This document shows positions 24,458 to 36,085 of a stretch of 64,000 bases of DNA, piece after piece. Source of the stretch: Sphyrna mokarran (taxonomy: Eukaryota); NCBI GenBank assembly GCA_024679065.1, contig JAGIQG010000004.1:54994001-55058000 (forward strand). The letters are read 5' to 3'. The notes below the pieces were generated by a model that was given only the letters and a program-made list of their open reading frames with translations, was not told where the DNA came from and searched no databases. How positions within the stretch are numbered: position 1 is the stretch's first letter; each line of letters opens with the position of its first letter. The translations under genes and the position numbers were made by a program.

Positions 24458-25912
24458 ATAGAACATAGAACAATACAGCACAGAACAGGCCCTTCGGCCT
24501 TCGATGTTGTGCCGACCAAAATAAAAAGCAATGCCCCTCCTAACTAAACCATTCCCTTCTCATCCATATACTTATCAACTAACCTCTTAAACGCCACCAA
24601 ACTTGGCGCATCTACAACAGCTGCCGGCAGGGCATTCCACTCCCTAATCACTCTTTGAGTAAAGAACCTACCTCTGATATCCGTCCTATAACTCATACCC
24701 CGTAATTTAAAGCTGTGTCCCCTCGTGCTAGCTTTCTCCATCCTAGGAAAAAGGCTATCACTGTCCACGCTATCTAAACCTCTAATCATCTTATATGTTT
24801 CGATTAGGTCCCCTCTTAGCCGCCTCCTTTCTAACTAAAACAACCTCAAATCCCTCAGCCTCTCTTCATAAGACCTACCCTCCATACCAGGCAACATCCT
24901 GGTAAACTTCCTCTGTACCCTCTCCAATGCCTCCACATCTTTCTTATAATGTGGGGACCAGAACTGCACACAATACTCCAAGTGCGGCCGCACTAGAGTT
25001 TTGTACAGTTGCAACATGATGCGGCGGCTCCTAAATTCAATCCCCCTACCAATAAAAGCTAAGACTCCATAAGCCTTCTTAACAACTTTATCCACTTGAC
25101 TGCCTACTTTCAGGGATCTATTGACACATACACCAAGATCCTTCTGTTCCTCAACACTATTAAGAGCCCTACCATTAGCCCTATACTCTACACATTTATT
25201 GTTCCTGCCAAAGTGCATTACCTCACACTTTTCCACATTAAACTCCATTTGCCACCTCTCGTCCCAGCTCTGCAACTTGTCCAAGTCACTCTGTAAACTA
25301 AAACACCCCTCTTCACTATCTACCACACCACCAACTTTAGTATCATCTGCAAATTTACTGATCCATCCCTCAATACCCTCATCCAGATCATTTATAAAAA
25401 TTACAAACAGCAGGGGCCCCAAAACAGACCCATGAGGCACACCACTCGTCACCGAACTCCACGATGAATATCTCCCATCAACCACCACCCTCTGTCTTCT
25501 ATCTGCCAGCCAATTTCTAATCCAATTAGCTAAATCACCCTCTATTCCACACATCTGCATTTTCTGTAGAAGTCTTCCATGGGCCACCTGATCAAAAGCC
25601 TTACTAAAGTCCATATATACTACATCAACCGCCTTACCCCCATCCACCTCTCTGGTCACTTTCTCAAAAAACTCACTGAGGTTAGTAAGGCATGACCTAC
25701 CCTTCACGAAACCATGCTGACTATCCCCAATCAATTCATTTCTCTCTAAATAACTATAAATCCTATCCCTGATAATTCTCTCCAATACCTTGCCCACCAC
25801 AGAAGTAAGACTCACTGGCCTATAATTCCCAGGAAGGTCTCTCTTCCCCTTCTTAAACAATGGGACCACATTCGCCATCCTCCAGTCCTCCGGAACCACA
25901 CCCGTAACCAAC
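24458..25912 (-). mobile_element. Young 5'-truncated CR1 LINE, RT domain almost intact
   Basis: 358-aa ORF with NYRPVSLTS, QHGF, DFSKAFD, GSVLGP and FADD; a single TAG at 24835-24837, after which the frame continues to 24544; (ATAGAAC)n tail. Confidence 0.95.
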
Positions 25913-26062
25913 GGGTTATTCCGCCTGAAGTGCCTATGCGTGTTTAATCGATTTTCAATTTTATTTCAATAACCCGTCAAGTTAGTTGTCCTCAGATGCA
26001 TGTCCCACTGCCTTTAGAAATTCTCTCTGAAATCTAATTCCAATACGCTTTCAGGTAACGCA

Positions 26063-26120
26063 TTCCAAAACTCCTCTTAATTCCAAAACTCCTCTTAATT
26101 TCAAAACTCCTCTTAATTTC
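26063..26120. repeat. 3 x 18-bp tandem repeat
   Basis: TT(C/T)CAAAACTCCTCTTAA repeated three times. Confidence 0.85.
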
Positions 26121-27999
26121 CTTTCAGATCACATTTCCAACTACTTTGGCATATTTCTGTGACTTCTGGTTACTGATCCAATCGTTTTAAACTGCAGTTG
26201 TTTAATTCGGGTCTAGATTGTTTTGATCTCGTAGCGGATTACAACATATTTCAGGCAGTCCATATGTTCGAATTCTCACGTATGCTATTGAAATGTAGTG
26301 GTGCAGAGAAGATTTTGACCGTTTGGTTTATGCAGCTCTCAAATTTATTTCTAACAGCGGGACAAGTGCGCGACGCTCCTCTGCAAGTAACAAGTTGTGG
26401 TCTATTACTTCACTTCTCCATAGCAACAGTACAATTTTAAATATAGCTCATTGCAACATCGAGCGGTACTGCCATATATATATCAAAAGTCACATCACAA
26501 TCAACCACCTGTCTTTTGTTTCTTAGCATCCAGACATAAAGTCTTCTATCCTGAAGACGGAATATCGGAGCCTTTCTTACATTTTACGAAATTTTGCAAA
26601 ATATAAAATAAATCGCAGACGTAGTTTTGCTATTTCTCGGCGACAAAGATGTTACACAACTTCCACGCTGTTTCGTCATAGATTACAACTCTCTTCCGTT
26701 TATCATATCGGACCCAGAAATGTTTTTGTTGACCAGTAAAGCAGAATTAGCACACAACTGAATTTCCTGCAATTGTAAGTTATTTGACTGGAATGCATCT
26801 GCTTAAGGTTGCTGTTTTTACAGCATCATACACTATATTTTACTGTAGCAGATGAGATGCTCACGGGCCTGGGTTGCAATGTATTGAAAGGCTAGATCTT
26901 GCCGCCGAGAATCCACACGTGAAGGTGTTCAGGTAGCAGGAAAGATTGCAACACTTTCAACTGTTATTGCAGCTGCTGCCCTCAAGAGGCAGACATTGAA
27001 TGAAGTCCACTGACTGATTGGACGTTGATTGAATGAATGCCTTTTACTGATTAGAGTCACTGAATGGTGCAAGAGGTCTTGGCGGCCACATACAGGCGGT
27101 GTGTGGCACGCTCTAAACAACGTATTTCATTGATGGCCCTGAGTACAATTAGCATCTCCGTCTGGTGCCCTAATCGCTAACCCTCTTGAGAATAACATTC
27201 CTTGATTTACGGAGAATTGTAGCCTGTGAAATCAGCATCTTCCCAGTAAATTCATGAAAGATACGGACCCAAAAACATTGTGAGAAATTGTGCTCGTCAG
27301 AAACACTGTAACTGGAGTCGTCTAAATCTAATTGGTCTAGCTCAAGTTGAGGTAGAGTGAATAAACTAATGATGACATCAATGTATAGCCTCTACAGATC
27401 AATTTTGGGCATGTGATTTTCCCATTCCCTTAGGACATAAATACATACAAAATAAGAGCAAGAATAAGCAAATCGGCCCCTCGAGCCATTCAGTACAGTC
27501 ATGGCTGATCTTATCTCGGCCTCATTTCCAGCTTCCCGAATTAAAAGCCCATTTTTCTCCACCTTAAATCTTTTTAGTTTTGCGTCATCCATTGCAATCT
27601 GCACGACAGTTTGAGTGATGTAATCCCTTCTCGTTCTTGTTTTAATACTGCCACAACTTAATCTAGAACTACGGCCTTACCTTCCAGAATGCGCAATATT
27701 ATCGCACTATCCCTTGCACTACCTTTACAATCCACCTCAGCCAAAACCTTCCTCTTGAAATTATTTTGGTAGAAAGTATAACCTCACACCACCACACCAT
27801 GTTCAGCCTCTCTTCTACCAACTCCCTCCCCCACCAGCCTCTCCCACACCCACCCCTAGCACCGTCACATTCAGCATCATTTCTGTTGCTGGCACTGTTA
27901 CTCGGTTGCAAGAATCGTAAACTTAGGGAATGCTAATGATTATGGTGCATTTGGATTGAAAAAAAAACAATTTATGAAGCTTTATTTGTTAAACTATTA

Positions 28000-28900
28000 A
28001 AACTGGAGATCGTGGCATGGTCATTTTATGGAAGTATCGCTTTAAGATTTATCAGTGGACAGTAAAATAAAGATGTTATGTATATATTGGTTACTTTGGG
28101 TTGGTAAGCTCTAAGGAACACTGCACAGCAAGGACCAGCACACGATCTGAACCATTTATAAAGCATGTTAGCGACACATAGGATGGGACTGAATGCAAAA
28201 GATCCAAGTTTACAAGTGACCGAGTTACATGACAAAGCAGATTGTGAAGAGGATGCTAAAGTGCTGTAAAGGAATATAAACTGAAATGCGGGGTAAATAA
28301 GAATGGCAAATGGAATATAAGATGAGGGAAAGCAAAGTTATCCACTTTGGAATTAAAAATATGAAAAGCAGAAAATGTTATTAACAGCGAGACAATGATA
28401 AATATATATATTCAAAGAGACTTGGGTATCCTTCAACATGAATCACAGGAAGTTAAGATACAAGTCCATAATTATAGGAAACAATGCTAGCCCTTTTGGA
28501 AATGGACTGAAGAACAACAATAACAGGCTTCCTACTATTATAAGTGCCAATTTGACACAAAACTGCCATCCCTGAAGGACTGTGTGCAATTTTGGTCTTC
28601 CCATCGACGCTTAGCTTAGATGGGCTGGAATCGAGTTCATGAACTGTGATAAGGGTGTTGTTCTATGAGAAACAAAATAATAGACTAGGTCTACATTTTA
28701 CCTAAATGAGAAGAGTAACTGGCTTGCGTATTGAAATTTATTATTAAGGAGATGCACAGGATGGACAAATTTCGAACTGCTTGAAAGATGTTTCCCGTTG
28801 CTGCAGAAGACAAATCTAAGAGTTACAGACTCAGGATAAGCGGCCAGCCATTTGGGAATAAGTAGACAAGAAGTGTCGTTGCTCGAAGGTTCATTTGTGC
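28000..28900 (+). mobile_element. Old degraded CR1 RT/3' fragment
   Basis: GAATGGCAAATGGAATATAA and GGACTGTGTGCAATTTTGGTC; paralog of 3900-4660. Confidence 0.6.
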
Positions 28901-30179
28901 CTCAAGAATAGGGAATCATTTCCTGTACAAGCGCAGTATTAGTCTAAATGTGTGTTGTTATGCTAAATGAACAAGTTTGCTTGCCACAGGCTAAAGATAC
29001 CATGCAGCTCTTAAAAAGCAAGTTCTTGAATTCAATTTTATATATCAACTATTGACGTTGGGCAACACGCTTTTGGCGAGTCGGTGAATGATGAATGTTT
29101 AGAATCAGGCTATTTCAGTAAACGAATTTCCCAACTCCTTTGATCTCAGAAGCTGTGAATAATTGATTGTTTTTTTTTTGTTAAATACAAGAAATATTTT
29201 CTAAACAACGTACTTAAGAAGAAATCTCTTACCCAATCATCTGTCAGAATAATGTGCCTGGAATTAAGGGATTTTATTCTCTTAGGGCATTGCGAATCTT
29301 TGGAATATTCTACCCCCGAGAGCAGTGAAGGCTAATTCATTCAATTACTGAATTGGACAAATTTTGAACTATCGAGGATACAATGGTCGAGGAGCAATGT
29401 CAAGAAAGTGAAGTTGAGGTCAAAGTCCATAGTCTTATTGCATGAAGCAGCAACAGAATTGAACATATCTACAATGTAAAACCTGATGTATTGGTATGTT
29501 CCGTGCTCTAACAATGTGATCAAGCTGCAGAACAAACCCTGATTGTATGAAGAGTGAAATAAGGCATCCTTATTGGGATTAACTCAGTGGAACATTGCGC
29601 CGTACAATATTGGACTAAGGTGCCGGAAAAATCCATGCTGCTCTTCTAGCCTGCTCCACCATTCAATAAAATTAAACTGGTCTAGGGGGGGAGGGGGGGG
29701 GCACGTTGGTGGGAGGGGGGTCTCAACTGCACGTATCTATCCCAAATAAATCTTGACTTGGTCTTGAATAATTTCAGTAATACAGCCTCTATTACTCTTT
29801 GGAAAGACAATTCCACGAACTAATGCCACTCTAGCAGATTTTTTTTTAAAACCCTCATGCTCTTAAATTGAACACATTTCTCGTGTGCACCACCACTGAC
29901 AATAGCCTCTTGGTGTCTAACAAGTCAAACATCCCGAGGGTCTTATGAATTTCTATAAGGCAAGTTTTCTTCTTCTGATCGCCAATGGATATAAGCCGAA
30001 TTTGTTTAACCTATATTCATAGGATAAGGTCTTCATCACAGGAGTAAATCGAGTGAATGCTCCCGCTACTGCGCCTGAAGCAATTAAATAGGCTTTTTAA
30101 AACTAAGATCAAAACTATACTCCGTATTTCCGATGTGGTCTCACTAATGTTTCGGATGATGAATGGGTGCTCGTCAAAC

Positions 30180-31130
30180 TTACTAGTTTGATATGAATGA
30201 AGTTCTGATTTTTGAACGTGGTTACATCTGAAGTCATGCAGGAATATAGTGTCTGCTCCATTTCACATTTGGCATGTGCTTCTTAGATGGCAGACAGGCT
30301 ATCTTGCAGCCAGTTGTGAGAAACGCACCGCAGATTTCATAACTTCTGACTGTTTTTTTGAGTTTCAGCATTTATTTGGTTGTCGTTAGGTCTCAATGTT
30401 GAGCCCCACGATTTGAGATTCGGCGACGGTAATGCCACTAAGTGCCAAGAGTACATCGTTAAGCTGACTTTCGTTGGACTTGGTCCTTGCTTGACACTCT
30501 TGTGGTTCGATGTGACATATCACTCATCAGCCGAAGAATGTATGCTGTCAAGGTCATTTTGCAAATGGATACGGACTTCATTATTTGAGGAGATGTAAAT
30601 GGACGTAAATACTTTGCAATCATCAGCGAATATCCCATAGCTACAAATGGATACATCCACATTACATGCGCTGCAGAGGTTCAAGAAGACAGCTCACGCG
30701 CAGGCGCACTTAGGAGTTGTCACCAGACAGCGACGTCCACATCCCTTGAAAGAATGAAATAAATGACGAAAGCAGGAAAATTAACGGAGATAGTTTTGCC
30801 TTGAACTCTGCTCCGCGGAGCTCATGCAGCGAGGCTGGGCCTGATGATTGAGCAGCAACCATTCTCGTCTTTCTTCCATCCAGTTGTGACCGACTATTGG
30901 CTTCAATATTACCTTGATGTCACACTCGTCAAGTGCTGTCAAAAGTGCTGTCAAAGTCAGTAATTCTCAAGTCTCCTCTAGAATTTAGATTTTTAGTCCA
31001 AGTTTGGACAAAGACCGTAATGAGGGCTAGAGCCGAGTGTTCCTGACCCCAAACTGATCATCATTGAGCAGAGTATTGCTGAGTAACTGTGGCTTGATTG
31101 CACTGCCGATGACAGATTCCAATAAACTGT
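30180..31130 (-). mobile_element. Degraded CR1/L2-clade LINE (second family)
   Basis: Minus strand GGGATATTCGCTGATGATTGCA (FADD); same family as 56530-58390; remnant also at 5670-5900. Confidence 0.55.
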
Positions 31131-33044
31131 TATTTATTAATTATTACAATGATGTAGCGCAATTGACTGGATCGCAATGCACCTGCTGAATTCTTATCGG
31201 GAGAAGCCGACGGGAAATTCTGCTATGAATGCTTAACGATTCACAGCCCAATGTTGCACTTGACAATTTCAAGGCCCCTAGACGAGAGTCTGCAAATAAA
31301 TAATTGGTTTGTTCTAAGATAGCACCTTTGTAACTTGGAATGCCTTAATCCAAAATTCCTATCTTTCTTATTTTAGCACTTGCACGAAGCAATTCAAGCA
31401 GACAAACGCATCCGATTAAATAGGAAAGACGCACATTGCAGGCAATGCCAAAATTGTTCGCACAGTTATGAGTAGTGAGGATTTCCACGAAGCGTGATTA
31501 AGAATGGGGTTGATTAAACTGCCCTATTTCTAATACTTCTTACGTGGTGGTAATGAACTGAGCATCAAATAAGTTATAATTCTGGCCACATAGAAAGTGA
31601 GAGCTATGGTTGAACAACCATTTCAGAAACACTGAATAATTCCCTAGATGCTAATCAATGATCAGAGAAGACAATTGAAGTAACTCCTGTTATAAATCCC
31701 CGATTTTAATATTAAAACTTCATTGGTTCTTGCCTTAATTGCTGCATCACTGAACTCAGTTCAAACACAATTGAACAAAATGGGTAACACAGTAACAGCG
31801 AATTCTCAAATTTTCTGTGAGGCCAAACATGTCTCATTCACACCGCCGATATTACTTTTAATTTTGCTGCCATTTGTTGTCTGGAAAGATGATTAGGAGT
31901 TTTAAAAAATTCAACACATGATAGAAGCAAATTACGGAATTTACATTAATTTTATGATCCTTTAATAGGTAGTACACTTCAGTTACAGCCATGTTGACCC
32001 CCGCAGTCGAAAGCCTACCGTCACAAAATCAGCATTTTGAGCCGATAAACGCCCAAGACCAGATGTGCAGCTTTATGATAACCTTTGGAAAAGCAGGGTG
32101 AGCACAGAAAATGTCAATATCAGAATCAAATATTAGACAACGACAAGCAACACATTTAAATATGCTACTACCTTTGAAGGATTGAAATTATTTCGACATA
32201 AAACTTTACTGTCTGGCAGACCGTCATCAAGTACCTACAGGAAAATGTATTTTGCCAGCAACAATTATAATTGCAGTAAATGTTGCCATTCTGTAATCAT
32301 TTAATATGACACGACATCTGAATTAATTCCTTCTGGTCCGTAGGGACTTGGAAAGATAGGGATGTAGGAAATAGGAGCATGAATAAGCCAATGGTCCTTC
32401 AATGTTTCTCCTGCATACAATTACATCTTTGTTCATCGGCTACTTCAACGTCTTTTTCCAGCAATAACTCCACATTCCTAGATAGCTTTAACAATTTGAA
32501 ATCCATCGATGCCTGCTTTGAACATTCTCAATGACTGCACATCAATAGCTCTCTCGGCGAAAAAAATCTTAAGATATACAATCCTCTGCATGAAGAAATT
32601 TTTGCTCATCTCATTCTACAATTACTCCGTATTCTGAATCTGTTTTATTTTATTGTTAATATTGTTAGTGATAATGCTTAAATAAAAAAAATGTGCATTT
32701 GCGTGAAAGCCACGTTTTATTTCATAGTACATACAATATATTTGAGAATGACGGGAGCAGCCTGAGAATCTGGAGCAATTAAACAAATATTGTATGCACT
32801 TTATTATTGTCACCTTACATATTTGTTTCCATGCAATTTTATTCTTTCAGTTAAGCTTCATCCTCCCTCAAGTTGTTTAGGTACTACTTTGGTTAACCCG
32901 TTAAAATTTCTAATTATTGACGAAATCTGATGGATTGGTAAAGGGAAAGAATTGTACAGTTGATCTTTACTATTCTCTCTCATCACTCTTTACTCCATGG
33001 CTGAGCGTCCACGTTAAGCTCATTTCCACCTCATGGCAGTTCAT

Positions 33045-33612
33045 ATAGAGTACTGGTGAGGCCGTAGTTGGAGTACTGTGTGCAGTTTTGGTCGCCACAT
33101 TCGGGGAAGGATATATTGGCCTTGGAGGGGTGCAGAGAAGGTTCACTAGGCTGATACCGGAGATGAGGGCATTGGATTATGAGGAGAGACTAAATAGGCT
33201 ATGTTTGTACTCGGTGGAGTTTAGAAGGCTGAGAGGGGATCTTATAGAGACGTATAAGATAATGAAGGGAGTGGGATAGGGTAGAGGTTGAGAGACTCTT
33301 TCCGCTTAGCAAAGATAGCAGGACTAGAGGGCACACCCTCAAGATTAGGAGGGAGGGCGGTCCAGATCAGAGTTGAAGAGAAATTTCTTCACGCAAAGGA
33401 TGGTGAATCTTTGGAATTCTCTGCCTGATGAAATGGTGAACATATTTAAGTCAAGTGTGGGTAGGTTTTTGATTGAATTAAAGGTTACAGGGAGGAAGCA
33501 GGAAAAGTGGTACTGAACCACTGCAGATCAGCCATGATCTTATTGAATGGCGGGGCAGGCTCGAGGGGCTGGGTGGCCCACTTCTGCTCCTATTTCTTAT
33601 GTTCTTATGTTC
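33045..33612 (+). mobile_element. CR1 3' fragment specific to duplication unit 2
   Basis: ORF 33088..33279 VQRRFTRLIP; TTCTTATG tail; empty site at about 8314-8322 in unit 1. Confidence 0.85.
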
Positions 33613-34123
33613 TTGTATCACTTGCTTTGTGGCACCTCGATATCGGACCTTCATTCAGGTGCCTCAAACTATTTCATATCAAATTTGTGCAATCTTAAAA
33701 GGGAATAACTGTTGAAAAATGAAGGAAGAATTTTAATATTTAGCTCAACTTGTGGAAAACTGTACAAATTCTGACACAATCAACTAATTAAAATGCCATA
33801 TGCCACTTACATATTGAACTGGATTCAATGATGAGAAATATATCAGATCTTCACTGTATCTTTGGTGCAAGGGATGAATTCTAAATGGCTTTACAATTTG
33901 CAAGTACATCTGCAAAGTGAACAAAAACAACTGGACATTAGAAAATAAGCTCTTGGTAAAATTGCAAATTACAACGAAATGTTTCAACAATGCAACATTA
34001 TAGGCAATATGCGGGCTAGAAATTCATTACTGAAAACCAAATAACATAATATTTGACTGCTTTTGTTAGGGGGGGATTTCTGTTACTTTGATTTGAATGT
34101 AGCAATATCAGGAAGAGAACTTG

Positions 34124-34810
34124 ATTTTTGATCTGATTTGAATTATTATTGTCACGTGTATTACGTGACAATAATAACCTCCACTCTATCCCATACTTAA
34201 TAAGTATAAAGTATTACTACTTGCCGTTATATGGAGAAAACGTATCGTACATATCGATGGAAAGTGCAGAATGTAGTGTTGCAGTCAGAGGTAGGGTGTA
34301 AAGAAAGATCAACTCAGTGCGAGGCAAGTCCATTCAAAAGTCTGATGACAACAGGGAAGAAGCTGCTTTTAAAACGGTTGATACCCGATTTCAAACCTTT
34401 GTATCTGTTCCTTTTGGAAGATGGTGGAAGACAGTCTGTCCAGCGTGCGTGGGATCGGTGATTATGCAGGTTGTTTTTCCGAGGCAGCGGGAAACATTGA
34501 CAGAAGAAAGTCAAAGGACAAGAATCCTGTAGAGAGTAACTCGCCTATTGACAATCCAAAGAGTGCTTATCATCATAAGGTACAAGTCAGAAGTGTGATG
34601 CGATAATCACTATTTGCCTAATGCGTGCATCATGTCAATGGATAAGAAACTGATTTGAGTGATGGATCGGGCTTCGTTCACGATTCTTTGTAGTTTGTTG
34701 TAGTCTTGGACAGGGCAGGAACCATATTAAGCTTTGATACAACCGAAAAGAATGCTACCTATGGTGCATCTGTAGAAGTTGGTGAGAACTGTAGCGAATA
34801 TGCCAACTTG
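34124..34810 (-). mobile_element. Rex1/Babar-type LINE 3' fragment specific to unit 2
   Basis: ORF 34314..34514 INRFKSSFFPVVIRLLN; flanked by AACTTG on both sides; empty site at about 8845. Confidence 0.75.
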
Positions 34811-35902
34811 TACAATAAACCGTTACATTCATCTCATTGAGCTTGTTTCATTGATAGTGTAATGTTTTCCAGTGTGATTAATATGAATGCGCTGGGGAAA
34901 TTAAATATTAAATCATGTTTACGGTCCTTTCTGCTTAACTCTTGTCAGGAAGATTCGGCTGCTTTAAAACAAGTGTTAATATTAAGTAATTTGGTAACAT
35001 TCACTACCAAAATATGCCATGTACCATAAACCATGGCCTAGCCATGGATAAATGTGCCGAAAGTCAAGTGATACTAGTCACAAAAATAGTGACACCCTAC
35101 TTTGGTACGAGTTGGAAGCATTTTCGTAAGAGAAAACGTACTTATGGTCTCGCCTCTCCGATTGTGCAATAGATAAGGCGCAAACCTACTGTCTTCTGAA
35201 CAAAGAATAGCTCTAAATGTAGGTGGCTATCGTTTTTTACCGCCAGACTCACAGTAATTTCATTGCATTGTTAATATAAGCCCAGTTGTGAAGCAAATAA
35301 ATATTTTTAAAAACTCCATCCAACGTATGCTACACGGCATCGCAGGAGGTAAATCTAATAAACTGAAATCAATTTAAAACTTAAAACACCATTATCAAGA
35401 AACACCATTTACTAACAAATTATTTTGTGGATGTGATAAATGTGAAAACTGGTGTAAACCCATCTATAAAGCTTTGGCTTGCAGTAAAAATTCACTATTA
35501 TTGTCTTCGACGCACTGGAATGAGGAATGAGGAGATGATCAGGATTATTAATCAGAATAGTTATTCCAGCGATGTCTCAACACGTTGTTTGAAGTCTCGA
35601 TCATACCCGACCCTAAGTACTCAGGACTAAAAGTTTGCACATTTTGTGTTCCGGCAGAAAGTAGAATGTCTTTGATGAAGTGCTGCAGGACCGCTTGCGG
35701 CCTGCATCGTTATTTTCAGGATTGAATGAAGCGTCGATATACTTGACGATATACTTGATAATGAAAATTATTGTAACGAAGTTTCCAGAAAGTGGCTGAA
35801 AGACATTACTCCTCAAGACACATCTTTTCAGCTGGTATCAAGGTCAGCTTCTACTTCGCAGACAGACGCAGAGAAATGTAAACGCACCCGATACGCTGTT
35901 TT

Positions 35903-35936
35903 AGTCATGTGATCGCTCATGTCGTGGTCACGTGTT
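35903..35936 (+). promoter_or_regulatory. Candidate proximal promoter E-box module, gene 2
   Basis: GTCATGTGAT (M-box-like) 125 nt before the ATG, plus GGTCACGTG (E-box). Confidence 0.45.
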
Positions 35937-36030
35937 TCATATATTTAACCATAAAATCTATTTGTTACGCAAGCTAATGTGGCTATCTTTCTCATTGGCG
36001 CAAATAGACAAGTAACGAATTATTTGCAAC

Positions 36031-36085
36031 ATGTCGATACAAGTTACAGTTCACTACATGGCTCTTCTGGGCGTGTTTTGGCCAG
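36031..36085 (+). CDS. Gene 2 exon 1, signal peptide (MSIQVTVHYMALLGVFWP-A)
   Basis: ATG at 36031, donor G|GTAC, paralogous to 13512-13566. Confidence 0.85.

Noticed and set aside
20445-26120. Short tandem arrays (42-bp x3, 18-bp x3; also a ~38-bp x2 at 14947-15015) as CRISPR-like or functional arrays
   Set aside because: Eukaryotic context, no unique spacers, and simple slippage duplications explain them.
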